DNA from: Deltaproteobacteria bacterium
GTDB taxonomy: Bacteria; Desulfobacterota; Syntrophia; Syntrophales; JACQWR01
NCBI GenBank assembly: GCA_016209105.1
Contig: JACQWR010000013.1
Location: 30,623 to 94,622 of the forward strand
Reading direction: 5' to 3'
DNA: 64,000 nucleotides
Shown piece after piece: positions 35,761 through 45,373 of the stretch. A model generated the notes under the pieces. It made no database searches and was not told where the DNA came from. It worked only from the letters and a program-made list of their open reading frames with translations. Within the stretch, counting starts at the first letter, position 1. Every line of letters starts with the position of its first letter. Made by a program: the position numbers and the translations under genes.

Positions 35761-37269
35761 ATGCCTGAGCAGGTAAAAATACTGGTTATTGATGACGAGC
35801 AGATCATGCGGGATGGGTGCATCCGCATCCTGTGTAAAAAAGGCTGTTCCGTGGTTCCGGCAGAAAACGGAGCTGACGGCCTGAAAGAGCTTGAAAAGTC
35901 ACCGGAGGCGTTCGACATTATCCTGCTTGACCTGATGATGCCCGGGATGAGCGGCATGGAAGTCCTGGAAAAAATCCGGGTTCTGGATGACTCGCTGCTC
36001 GTCATCGTCATTACCGGTTATGCCACGGTGGAATCGGCCGTCGAGGCGATGAAAAAAGGGGCCTATGATTTTATCGCCAAACCCTTTGCTCCCGATCAAC
36101 TGCGCATTGTCGTAAAAAGAGCCCTGGAGCGGAGGATGCTGCAGAAGGAGGCAGAATTCCTGCGCAGTGAACGGGAGCGCTCCCTCCGGGACGTGGCAAC
36201 GGAAAAATCCCGGGTCAAAACGATCATCAATTGCATGGGTGACGGAATACTCGTCTGCGACCGGGACAGCTGCATCGTCCTTACGAACCCCGCAGCCAGC
36301 CGTATGCTTGAAATTCCCGAATCACGTCTGCTGGGGAACCATGTTTCGCGATCCAACCTGCATCGGGATTTATCCGAAACAATTGAAGGCAGTCTCAGGA
36401 CCGAAGGCAGCGCCTACTCCTCCATATCGCAGGAATTCAGCATAGGCGAATCAGGGAAAATGTTTCTCCGCGCCCATACGGCACCGGTGCGTAATGATCG
36501 GGGCGAGATCATGGGGGCCGTCACTGTTTTGCAGGATATCAGCTACCTGAAAGAACTGGATAAGATGAAGTCGGAGTTTATCGCCATGGTGGCACATGAG
36601 CTACGGGCGCCCATCGCCACGGTAGAACAGCAATTGACGGTTATCTTGAGCAGCATGGCTGGTGAGCTGAACAATACGCAGGGACAGCTTATTGCCCGTG
36701 CCAAGGAGAGGACGCGGGGCGTGCTGACGCTGATTAAAGATCTGCTTGATCTTTCCAAGATCGAGGCAGGAAAAATGGTGCAGTACAAGGAACCCCTGTC
36801 GCTTGCCGAAGTGATCACCCGCGTGGCGGAAATGATGAAAACGGATGCCGAGGTAAAAAACATCCGCATTGATTTTTTGTTTCCGGAGAATATTCCCACA
36901 ATTCATGCCGACCGGAACAGCATGGAAGGCATCTTTACCAACCTTATTTCAAATGCCGTCAAATATACGCCCGACGGGGGAAAGGTAACGATCGCTCTCA
37001 ACGATCATAGCGGTTTTGTGAAGGTTTCCGTTGCCGATAACGGTATCGGCATCAAGAGCGAGGATATTCCTCGGATATTCGATAGATTTTACCGGGTAAA
37101 ATCATCGGAAACACGCCAGATCGTCGGGACCGGTTTGGGGCTCTCCATCGTAAAAAGCATCGTGGAAGCGCATCTCGGGACGATTTCCGTGGAAAGCGCG
37201 GAGGGGCAGGGAACAACCTTCAACGTCTTGTTGCCGAAGGCGGTAGGCTTGGCAAGCTGCGGGGAATAA
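35761..37269 (+). CDS. Hybrid receiver-PAS-histidine kinase
   Basis: Receiver: ILVIDDE, IILLDLMMPGMSG, VIVITGY, AYDFIAKP. Followed by a PAS segment and H-box MVAHELRAPI. Then NLISNAVKYTP, DNGIGI and GTGLGLS. ATG 35761 follows AGGAGG. Confidence 0.85.
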   Translation: MPEQVKILVIDDEQIMRDGCIRILCKKGCSVVPAENGADGLKELEKSPEAFDIILLDLMMPGMSGMEVLEKIRVLDDSLLVIVITGYATVESAVEAMKKGAYDFIAKPFAPDQLRIVVKRALERRMLQKEAEFLRSERERSLRDVATEKSRVKTIINCMGDGILVCDRDSCIVLTNPAASRMLEIPESRLLGNHVSRSNLHRDLSETIEGSLRTEGSAYSSISQEFSIGESGKMFLRAHTAPVRNDRGEIMGAVTVLQDISYLKELDKMKSEFIAMVAHELRAPIATVEQQLTVILSSMAGELNNTQGQLIARAKERTRGVLTLIKDLLDLSKIEAGKMVQYKEPLSLAEVITRVAEMMKTDAEVKNIRIDFLFPENIPTIHADRNSMEGIFTNLISNAVKYTPDGGKVTIALNDHSGFVKVSVADNGIGIKSEDIPRIFDRFYRVKSSETRQIVGTGLGLSIVKSIVEAHLGTISVESAEGQGTTFNVLLPKAVGLASCGE

Positions 37270-37286
37270 CAGGAACCTGCCAAGGG

Positions 37287-37916
37287 CTACCCTCTCGCCA
37301 ATGCCATCAGTTTATAGACAAGGTTTCCCGACAGGAAGGCAATTTCCTCCGCGTTGAAAAAAGCGGCAATGCTTGCATCGTACAGAATATTCCCCTCCGG
37401 CGGAAATTCCGCGTCTCCGCGCCACAGCACAAGGGTTATGGGAACTTTCGGGAAGAAGGGGAATGTCATTGACACGTCCCCCATGTCGGCTTTTTCTCCG
37501 CCCACTGTTTTACCAATAGTCAGCAGCTGTTCCGGCGCTGCCCCGAATGTATTCACCAGGGGCAGCTGCGCCCGCTTGCGAAACGGTTCGTAGTAAAAGT
37601 CGCCGGAGGGTATCTCCCGGAATGTTATTGTCCTGCCGCTGAGCGCCGCCCCTGTCGTATTCGAAAGATAATGCAGAAGTGAAACCTGTTCCTGGAGCGA
37701 CGGCTCCTCTCCGGTATCTATGTAACGCACGACACCTTCTGGCAAGGTTATTCCGACTTTCCGGTTGAGCAGGCTTAAGATAATTTTCTTTTCCGCTCCC
37801 GCGGTATCCAATACGCCTCCTGCATAAAGGGCAATATCAGTGGGATTCTTCTGAAGCAACGTTTCGCGGGCTATGCTGCGTGCATTGAGGTAATCATCGG
37901 TCTTCGGCACAAACAA
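37287..37916 (-). CDS. DUF3786-like protein (function unknown)
   Basis: 209 aa. ITFREIPSGDFYYEPFRKRA and VLWRGDAEFPPEGNILYD resemble my recollection of the DUF3786 family. No database check was done. Confidence 0.55.
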   Translation of the reverse strand: MFVPKTDDYLNARSIARETLLQKNPTDIALYAGGVLDTAGAEKKIILSLLNRKVGITLPEGVVRYIDTGEEPSLQEQVSLLHYLSNTTGAALSGRTITFREIPSGDFYYEPFRKRAQLPLVNTFGAAPEQLLTIGKTVGGEKADMGDVSMTFPFFPKVPITLVLWRGDAEFPPEGNILYDASIAAFFNAEEIAFLSGNLVYKLMALARG

Positions 37917-37978
37917 TCTCCTTCCGCTTTTCCCTGGTCATCGTCTTCCCGCCTGCGCGGGGAAAACCTCGGCGAGAA

Positions 37979-38566
37979 TCACGACGGGGCTTCAATCCTT
38001 TCCAGATCCTCTTTCGTATTCACATTAAGGAACATCTGATCCTGGGGGTCAAACTCTTTCACCGTCTTCTCCGGAATCAGCCGGACGTTCAATCCCCGGT
38101 AAAGAGCACTGATTTTCAGTTCATTCTTCTTAAGAAGATTCCTGATCGGGGGCAGGCAGTTCCTGGAATATACGGCATGCAGAGGCTCCATCCATCCTAT
38201 CGGTTTACTAACCTTTTCCGGCACGACGATATCGTAGTGCTCAATGTTCTCGACCATATACTTGATGAATGCTTCATTTAAAAACGGCATGTCACAGGCG
38301 GCAATGAAGCAATGGCTGGAGGCGGCATAAAAAATTCCGGAATAGATTCCCCCCAAGGCACCCTTTCCCTTGATAACGTCGCTGACAATGGTGACGTTCA
38401 GATCGAGATAGGGCAGGGGGGCATTGGTTACAATGATGACCTCGTCGAAAATCCCCTTAAAGAGCTTCACGGTTCTATCAATCAAGCGCTCGCCATTGAT
38501 CTCGATGAAGGCCTTGTTTGTGCCCATCCTTGTGTTTTTGCCGCCTGACAAGATTACACCCGTCAT
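37979..38566 (-). CDS. mobA: Molybdenum cofactor guanylyltransferase
   Basis: MTGVILSGGKNTRMGTNKAFIEINGERLIDR and CDMPFL are typical of MobA. Confidence 0.85.
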   Translation of the reverse strand: MTGVILSGGKNTRMGTNKAFIEINGERLIDRTVKLFKGIFDEVIIVTNAPLPYLDLNVTIVSDVIKGKGALGGIYSGIFYAASSHCFIAACDMPFLNEAFIKYMVENIEHYDIVVPEKVSKPIGWMEPLHAVYSRNCLPPIRNLLKKNELKISALYRGLNVRLIPEKTVKEFDPQDQMFLNVNTKEDLERIEAPS

Positions 38567-38593
38567 CTAACATCACTCCCTTGGTTATGTGTT

Positions 38594-38950
38594 TTACGCG
38601 CCAAATATCCTGCTGCGAAAGAGGAAAAAGACTGCGCCGAGCAGGCACAGTCCCGCCCACAAGTAATCCAGAGACAATTTCTCTTTCATGTACACCAGTG
38701 AAAATGGAACAAACACGGAAAGCGTGATGACCTCCTGCAGAATCTTCAATTGACCAATGCTCATGACATGATGGCCGATTCGATTTGCAGGAACTTGGAG
38801 TAAGTATTCAAAGAAGGCTATTCCCCAGCTCAGGAGAGCTGCCAGAATCCATGACTTGTGAGACAGATTCCTCAAATGGCCGTACCACGCAAACGTCATA
38901 AAAACGTTGCTCAAGAAAAGTAAAATAATAGTAAGCAAATAGCGATCCAT
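38594..38950 (-). CDS. Small DMT-superfamily membrane protein (DUF486-like)
   Basis: SNVFMTFAWYGHLR, WGIAFFEYLLQVPANRIG and QLKILQEVITLSVF. ATG at 38950 is preferred over the TTG at 38965. Confidence 0.75.
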   Translation of the reverse strand: MDRYLLTIILLFLSNVFMTFAWYGHLRNLSHKSWILAALLSWGIAFFEYLLQVPANRIGHHVMSIGQLKILQEVITLSVFVPFSLVYMKEKLSLDYLWAGLCLLGAVFFLFRSRIFGA

Positions 38951-39110
38951 ACTGTTCTCACGCAAAAATAGGTCTACAGTCTCCGTGCAACAATGGGGGG
39001 TACCATATCATTTTTGCCTTCCTTTGTGAATGTCATACATGTAATATTCTGCCGCTCGTTCGATCATCTGCGAATACCGAGCAGACCGTAATTATCCTGA
39101 TGAATTTACT

Positions 39111-39138
39111 TTGACAAATTCGTCTGAACTGATATAGA
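39111..39138 (+). promoter_or_regulatory. Candidate sigma70-type promoter upstream of hom
   Basis: TTGACA (39111-39116), a 16-nt spacer, then TATAGA (39133-39138). It lies about 60 nt upstream of the hom ATG. Confidence 0.3.
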
Positions 39139-39196
39139 AACGGGGCTCACCGGGTATGGGTTATTCAACGTAAATCCAGCTACGAGGCATGGCATC

Positions 39197-40507
39197 ATGA
39201 AAGAAATATCGGTAGGCCTGATAGGCTTCGGCACCATCGGCGCCGGGGTGGTGAAACTGCTCGAGGACAATCGGGAATTAATCGCGGGGAGGCTGGGGGC
39301 GCGGCTGAATTTAAAGAAAATAGCCGATCTCGATATAACGACGCCGCGGGTTGTCGCAGTCAGGAAAGAGATGTTGACCACGAATGTCGAAGAAATACTA
39401 AAGGACCCCGGTATCGAGATTGTCATTGAACTCATGGGCGGCTACGAACCTGCGCGTTCATTCCTCCTGGAGGCTATGCGCCATAAGAAACAGGTGGTTA
39501 CGGCCAACAAGGCGCTGCTTGCCACGCATGGGGATGAGATATTTCGGACCGCCGAGGCTGAAGGGGTGAATATCGGATTTGAAGCGAGCGTTGGCGGCAC
39601 CATACCGATTATCAAGACCCTGCGGGAAAGCCTGACGGGAAACGGAATAAAGTCCATCTTCGGCATCATGAACGGCACGGCAAACTTCATCCTTACGAAG
39701 ATGTCGGATGAGGGAAAACCGTTCGATGTAGTGCTGAAAGAGGCGCAGTCCCTCGGTTTTGCCGAGGCAGACCCCACCTTCGACATAGAGGGGATTGACA
39801 CAGCCCATAAGCTGGCCATCGTGCTCTCACTGGCATACGGGAAACGGGTGAATCTGAAAGACATTTACCGGGAAGGTATTTCGGGCATCAGTAGGCTGGA
39901 CATCGAATTTGCGCGGGAACTGAACTACCGGATTAAACTTCTGGCTATTGCCATCGCCAGGGGAGACAGTGTCGAGGCGAGAATCCATCCCACCATGATT
40001 CCCCTGGATAACCTGCTTGCAAACGTGAACAGCAATTATAACGCCTTTCATATCGTCGGCGATGCATCGGGTTCAATTTTCCTCTATGGCCAGGGCGCCG
40101 GCATGATGCCCACAGCGAGCGCGGTAGTGGGCGATCTTACGGATATCTCGCGGCAACTCCTGAAGGGGGTGTCGGGGTGTGTTCCCGCGCGGGCCTTACG
40201 GGAAGACCTCATTCAGAATATCGCGCTGATGCCCCAGGAGGACATGGTTACGAGCTACTATTTCCGGTTTTCTGCGGTGGATCGTCCCGGCGTTCTTTCC
40301 CGCATATCGGGTATTTTGGGGACAAACAATATCAGCATCGCTGCGGTGATCCAGAAGGGCAGGAAGGAAAGCGGGGCCGTACCCGTCGTTATCACGACCT
40401 ATAAGTCGCGGGAAAAAGATGTGCGAAATGCCCTGCAGGAGATAGATAAGCTTGACGTGGTCCTCGACAAGACCGTGGTTATTAGGATAGAGGACGATAA
40501 ACTCTGA
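39197..40507 (+). CDS. hom: Homoserine dehydrogenase
   Basis: VGLIGFGTIGAGVVKLL, NKALLA, GIMNGTANFIL, EADPTFDIEGID and a C-terminal ACT-like domain. Confidence 0.92.
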   Translation: MKEISVGLIGFGTIGAGVVKLLEDNRELIAGRLGARLNLKKIADLDITTPRVVAVRKEMLTTNVEEILKDPGIEIVIELMGGYEPARSFLLEAMRHKKQVVTANKALLATHGDEIFRTAEAEGVNIGFEASVGGTIPIIKTLRESLTGNGIKSIFGIMNGTANFILTKMSDEGKPFDVVLKEAQSLGFAEADPTFDIEGIDTAHKLAIVLSLAYGKRVNLKDIYREGISGISRLDIEFARELNYRIKLLAIAIARGDSVEARIHPTMIPLDNLLANVNSNYNAFHIVGDASGSIFLYGQGAGMMPTASAVVGDLTDISRQLLKGVSGCVPARALREDLIQNIALMPQEDMVTSYYFRFSAVDRPGVLSRISGILGTNNISIAAVIQKGRKESGAVPVVITTYKSREKDVRNALQEIDKLDVVLDKTVVIRIEDDKL

Positions 40508-40530
40508 ATAGGTGTTAAGGTATTGCGCTG

Positions 40531-41757
40531 ATGAAATATCTGATTTTGCTCGGTGACGGCATTGCCGACTATCCGCTGGAAAAATTAGGCAACAAGACAC
40601 CCCTTGAATACGCCCATACCCCCAATATGGACCGCATGGCGGGGGAGGGGACAATCGGATTGATTGACACAGCCGCAGCCGGCCTTGCTCCCGGCAGTGA
40701 CGTGGCGAACCTGACCGTACTGGGATATGACGCGGGCAAGATTTACTCCGGCCGCGGCCCTCTCGAAGCGGCTAACATGGGGGTAAAGCTGGGTCCCGAC
40801 GATGTTGCCTTCCGGTGCAACCTGATCACGCTTGGCGGCGGCGATATCTCTGTCATGGAGGACTTTACCGCGGGACACATATCATCCGGAGAAGCCAAGG
40901 AGATAATCGAGCATATTGGAAAGAATCTGGGGTCGGATGAGTTTCAATTCTACCCCGGCGTCAGCTACCGACACCTCCTCGTGTGGAGAAATGGAAAGGA
41001 CTTGCTGAAAACAGTCCCTCCGCACAATATTACGGGCCGCACGGTCGGGGAGCATCTGCCCCGGGGAGAGGGAGCAGACCGGATCCGCCAGTTGATGAAG
41101 GATGCGGAGGGCGTTCTGCAGGCCCATCCCGTCAATAAGGCGCGCCAGGCTGCGGGGAAGAAGATTGCCAATGCCATCTGGCTCTGGGGGCAGGGCAAAG
41201 CGCCGAATATCCTGCCCATCACCAATCAATACCGGTTGCGGGGTGGAATGATATCGGCGGTAGATCTTTTAAACGGCATCGCCATCTATGCAGGGCTTGA
41301 AGTTCTCAATGTGGCGGGCGCAACAGGATATACGGATACAAACTACGTGGGGAAGGCGCATAAAGCGCTGGAGGCGCTAACAAGACTGGATTTCGTCTTC
41401 CTGCACGTGGAAGCGCCCGACGAAATGGGGCATGAGGGGAATATCGAGGGAAAGGTCCGCGCCATCGAGGATTTCGACGAGAAGGTAGTGGGAACCGTCT
41501 TGAAGGGCATGGATACCCTAAAACCCATGCGGGTAATGGTTTTAAGCGATCACCCCACACCGGTCACCCTGATGAACCATGCCAGCGATCCCAGCCCCTT
41601 TGCCGTGCTCTCTTCCATTAAGGGGGAAAACCGCAGGTCCGGGGCGTTTTTCGGGGAGGAAGCGGCGCGGAGGGCGGGAATACTTGTCTCGCCCGGACAC
41701 CTGCTTATGAATATCTTTATCAATAACTGGGGGAGTTTTATTGAAAAATATCGCTAA
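40531..41757 (+). CDS. Cofactor-independent phosphoglycerate mutase family protein (archaeal ApgM-like)
   Basis: MKYLILLGDGIADYP...TPNMDRMA, FRCNL and HVEAPDEMGHEG, characteristic of the ApgM/metalloenzyme superfamily. Located directly after hom. Confidence 0.82.
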   Translation: MKYLILLGDGIADYPLEKLGNKTPLEYAHTPNMDRMAGEGTIGLIDTAAAGLAPGSDVANLTVLGYDAGKIYSGRGPLEAANMGVKLGPDDVAFRCNLITLGGGDISVMEDFTAGHISSGEAKEIIEHIGKNLGSDEFQFYPGVSYRHLLVWRNGKDLLKTVPPHNITGRTVGEHLPRGEGADRIRQLMKDAEGVLQAHPVNKARQAAGKKIANAIWLWGQGKAPNILPITNQYRLRGGMISAVDLLNGIAIYAGLEVLNVAGATGYTDTNYVGKAHKALEALTRLDFVFLHVEAPDEMGHEGNIEGKVRAIEDFDEKVVGTVLKGMDTLKPMRVMVLSDHPTPVTLMNHASDPSPFAVLSSIKGENRRSGAFFGEEAARRAGILVSPGHLLMNIFINNWGSFIEKYR

Positions 41758-42184
41758 AGTGCGCGTGACGTACGCGGAAACCGATGCCATGGCCGTAGTT
41801 TATCACACCAATTACATAAAATGGTTTGAATTTGGCCGGGCGGAATTGATGCGCGCAATGGGCGTCGTCTATGCCGATTTGGCAAAGCAGGACTACCACC
41901 TGCCCCTGACGGAAGTGCATTGCTATTATTTGGCGCCCGCCCGATATGATCAGCTTTTGCTTGTGGAAACAGAGATTGAGTATGTGAGAAGGGCAAGCAT
42001 AAAGTTTCTTTCCACCATATGGGATGAAAAGAAAGAAACGATCTATGTAGAGGGATATACCGTTCATGCCTGCACCAACGGGCAGGGAAAGATCGTCCGG
42101 CTTCCGCTGGATGTTGTTGAGAAAATCAAACCCCATTCAAGAGCTGTATCTGGAGGAGGAGTTGTTCATGGCGGGAAAACGTGA
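41741..42184 (+). CDS. YbgC/4HBT-family acyl-CoA thioesterase
   Basis: VRVTYAETDAMAVVYHTNYIKWFEFGRAELMRAMG. TTG start after GGGAG. Overlaps the end of the previous gene. Confidence 0.78.
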   Translation: MKNIAKVRVTYAETDAMAVVYHTNYIKWFEFGRAELMRAMGVVYADLAKQDYHLPLTEVHCYYLAPARYDQLLLVETEIEYVRRASIKFLSTIWDEKKETIYVEGYTVHACTNGQGKIVRLPLDVVEKIKPHSRAVSGGGVVHGGKT

Positions 42185-42836
42185 TGACATTGTGAATAAA
42201 CCGGACCCATTCCGCGTTTTTTTTGAGCGGGTAATCCGCTATTTTACCGTAAATATCATGCAGGCCTATGCCTTGTTGGGAGTGATTGCTCTATTGTTTG
42301 TCGGCTCAGCGGGCTGGTATCTCTACAGCGCTAATTATGAAAATAGCGCCCGTATCCTTTATGATAAAGCGCTTACCGCCAGCATAACGGGGACAATGGA
42401 CCGGAAGGCTATTCTAAAGGTGTATCAGGACGTGGTGGGGGAGTATCCCCGTAGCAAGGCCGCAGTCATTGCGTCCTATCTTATAGGGAACCTGTACTAC
42501 AATCTCAATGATATTGACGCGGCAATCAAGTCCTATAAGGAATTTCTGAAGAGAGCGCCATCAGACAACACCCTTACTGCCTTTGTTTATAGCGGTCTTG
42601 GCTACTGCTACGAAGCAAAAAAGGATTATAAAAATGCCCTCTCTGCTTACGAGGATGCCCTTAAAAACACCGGAAGCAGTCAGTTCGCAGTAATGAATTA
42701 CCGGAATGCAGCCCGCATCTGCGAATCCCTGAATAATCCCGCAAAGGCGTTGGAATACTACAAGAAAGCGCTTATGAATAACACGGACCCAGCGCTTGAT
42801 ATACTCATAAAAAAGAAGATGTCAACACTCGGTTGA
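42168..42836 (+). CDS. Membrane-anchored TPR protein (YfgM-like)
   Basis: ATG 42168 follows GGAGGAGG. One transmembrane segment (AYALLGVIALLFVGSAGWYLY), then TPR-like repeats. Confidence 0.6.
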   Translation: MAGKRDDIVNKPDPFRVFFERVIRYFTVNIMQAYALLGVIALLFVGSAGWYLYSANYENSARILYDKALTASITGTMDRKAILKVYQDVVGEYPRSKAAVIASYLIGNLYYNLNDIDAAIKSYKEFLKRAPSDNTLTAFVYSGLGYCYEAKKDYKNALSAYEDALKNTGSSQFAVMNYRNAARICESLNNPAKALEYYKKALMNNTDPALDILIKKKMSTLG

Positions 42837-42860
42837 TGCACGCAACCCTTATCGAGGCCA

Positions 42861-43793
42861 ATGCCTGGAAAAATCCTCCTATTCCTGCTCGTGTTCTTGA
42901 CTCTCTCCCTTACCTGTTTTGTTTGGGAGGCAAGAGGGGAGGGGAGCAACGATGCAGAAATGCAGTTCGCATTTGCGGAGAGGCTTTTCGAGGAAGGAGA
43001 TTATTACCGGGCTATCGGGGAGTACAAGCGCTATATTTTCCTCTACCCGCAAGAGAAATCCACGGAAAAGGCTTTTTTCCGCATAGCGGAATCCTATTAT
43101 CGGGCGGAAAAATGGAAAGAGGCGACGGATGCCTTTAAAAAGTTTGTCGCCAAGTATCCGGCAAGCACTCTTTGCCCCGACACCCTCTATCAACAGGGGC
43201 TTTCCGAAAAGCAGCTCCATCGCTTCGATGATGCCTTTTTAACCTTTGAAATCCTCTCAAAAATTCAAGCGGGGCGTTACTTCGACAAGGCGATTTACGA
43301 GATGGCCCTGATTTTGGTTGAGAAAGAAGACTGGTCGGGGGCGAGAAATCTCTTCACGCTGGTGCCGGGAAAGAGCGCGCTCTATGGACCTGCGCAACGC
43401 TATTATATAGAATTGGATGAGATCGAGAATCTTCCCCGGAAATCTCCCGCGGCAGCAGGAACCCTGGCAGCGATCCTTCCCGGGGCAGGGCACCTTTACG
43501 CGGAAAGACCGAGAGATGCGCTCGTTGCCTTTCTCCTGAATGCCTCATTCATCTGGGCATCCATCGAACTATTTAATAATGGCAACGAGGTGGCCGGGGG
43601 TATTGTTGCTTTTTTTGAACTGGGATGGTACACCGGCAACATCTACAGCGCCGTCGGCAGCGCACACAAATACAACGAGCGTAACAAGAAGGACTTCCTT
43701 CAGAACTTGAAAGACATGAGCAGTTTGTCTTTTTATAAAGACGGGAAAAGTGCTGAGCATTACCTAATGTACTGTGTAAGATATCAATTTTAA
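42861..43793 (+). CDS. TPR-repeat protein with signal peptide and C-terminal membrane segments
   Basis: N-terminal hydrophobic LLFLLVFLTLSLTCFVW, followed by TPR-like repeats. C-terminal GTLAAILPGAGHLY...FLLNASFIWASIELF. Confidence 0.55.
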   Translation: MPGKILLFLLVFLTLSLTCFVWEARGEGSNDAEMQFAFAERLFEEGDYYRAIGEYKRYIFLYPQEKSTEKAFFRIAESYYRAEKWKEATDAFKKFVAKYPASTLCPDTLYQQGLSEKQLHRFDDAFLTFEILSKIQAGRYFDKAIYEMALILVEKEDWSGARNLFTLVPGKSALYGPAQRYYIELDEIENLPRKSPAAAGTLAAILPGAGHLYAERPRDALVAFLLNASFIWASIELFNNGNEVAGGIVAFFELGWYTGNIYSAVGSAHKYNERNKKDFLQNLKDMSSLSFYKDGKSAEHYLMYCVRYQF

Positions 43794-43794
43794 C

Positions 43795-44211
43795 ATGCGG
43801 CAATATTTAACGATATTTATTATTGTCTCTTTCTGCAATCTCTTCGCCGTAACAGGGGAGGCTGCCGAGTTTGTCCCCTGGAACTTTAATCGCCCTGCGT
43901 TAGGGGAGGCGCTTGACTCACCCAGGGAGCTGTCATTGGCCGCATACCTGATGTACCAGGGATCCCTTTTCTTCAGCAGATACATCTCGCCGGTGGATGG
44001 AGACCGATGCGCCATGTACCCCACATGCAGCGCCTATAGTCGGCAGGCAATTGCCAAGCACGGATTCTTTATCGGCTCTATCATGACTGCGGACAGATTA
44101 ATCCATGAAAATAATGAGATAGATATGGCACAGGAGGTAGAGATAGGAAAATCATACCGCTATAGCGATTCTGTGGCGGAGAATGATTTCTGGTGGTATA
44201 AACACCGTTAA
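43795..44211 (+). CDS. yidD: YidD-family membrane protein insertion efficiency factor-like protein (extended)
   Basis: The core FSRYISPVDGDRCAMYPTCSAYSRQAIAKHG matches YidD/DUF37. It carries an N-terminal signal-like extension. Confidence 0.7.
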   Translation: MRQYLTIFIIVSFCNLFAVTGEAAEFVPWNFNRPALGEALDSPRELSLAAYLMYQGSLFFSRYISPVDGDRCAMYPTCSAYSRQAIAKHGFFIGSIMTADRLIHENNEIDMAQEVEIGKSYRYSDSVAENDFWWYKHR

Positions 44212-44347
44212 TATTGACAAAATCAAGGTGATTAGTATCATAAAGTAAATTAGAATTCATTCCAAGGAAACTACAAGCCGGTATTTACGAGTATTTGCTT
44301 GATTCCTGCCTATGCGGGGATAGCGATAATGACGGGTGAGGGGCATA

Positions 44348-45280
44348 ATGGCCGAAGATTATTACAAAGTACTGGGTGTTGCTAAAGATGCCTCGCAGGA
44401 GGCAATAAAGAAAGCCTATCGGAAGCTTGCCCTTAAATATCACCCGGATAAAAATCCTGGAAACAAAGAAGCGGGAGAAAAATTCAAAAAAATCAGCGAG
44501 GCCTACGCAGTTCTCAGTAGTGCTGAAAAACGCAAGCAATACGATAACTTTGGATCTGACAATTTCAGCCAGCACTACAGCCAGGAAGACATCTTCCGCG
44601 GTTTTGATATAAACGAGATATTGCGGGATTTGGGCTATGGCGGAGGAGGTTTCCGGAGTGGCGGGCGGAGACGCACCTATACAAGTCAGGGCGGCATGGA
44701 TCCCTTTGCCGATCTTTTCGGCGGGGGTCATCAGCAACATCCCCGAAATATGCCGCAACAGGGTCATGATCTTCAATATAATCTGGCGATAACCCTGGAA
44801 GAATCGGTATTCGGAGCGGAGAAGAAACTTGCCCTCCAGAAGGAGGACAGCGTAGATGAGGTTAGTATAAAGGTTCCTGCGGGAATTAACACCGGCAAGA
44901 AGCTGAGACTTACCGGGAAGGGCGGTCCCGGCATAAACGGCGGACCTCCCGGAGATTTATATTTGAACATTAATGTTCTTCCTCATCCTATTTACGCGAG
45001 GGATGGAAACGACGTCTATGTGGACAAGACGATTACGTACACCCAAGCTGTTCTCGGGACCACGATCGAGGTTCCCGTCCTTGAAGGCGTAACGAAAAGG
45101 ATCAAGATACCGGCCGGCACTCAGAATAATACAAAGATCCGGATGAAGGGTTATGGTGTCCCCGGTTTCAAAGGCAGCGCCAAAGGGGATCAGTACGTAA
45201 AAATCCTGGTAGATGTTCCTCGCAAGCTTACGGACAAACAAACACAGCTCATCAAAAAATTATCTGAAGAGGGGCTTTAA
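44348..45280 (+). CDS. J-domain co-chaperone without zinc finger (CbpA-like DnaJ homolog)
   Basis: DYYKVLGV...[16 protein letters not shown]...EAYAVL, followed by a G-rich linker. The C-terminal DnaJ_C domains lack a CxxCxGxG region. Confidence 0.85.
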   Translation: MAEDYYKVLGVAKDASQEAIKKAYRKLALKYHPDKNPGNKEAGEKFKKISEAYAVLSSAEKRKQYDNFGSDNFSQHYSQEDIFRGFDINEILRDLGYGGGGFRSGGRRRTYTSQGGMDPFADLFGGGHQQHPRNMPQQGHDLQYNLAITLEESVFGAEKKLALQKEDSVDEVSIKVPAGINTGKKLRLTGKGGPGINGGPPGDLYLNINVLPHPIYARDGNDVYVDKTITYTQAVLGTTIEVPVLEGVTKRIKIPAGTQNNTKIRMKGYGVPGFKGSAKGDQYVKILVDVPRKLTDKQTQLIKKLSEEGL

Positions 45281-45373
45281 TGCGGGGCTCTTTACAGATG
45301 ATTGTCTTATAAGATATGTTATGTAAACTTTAAAGAACAATATGAGGGGGAACACCTGGATAAAGTATAAATC

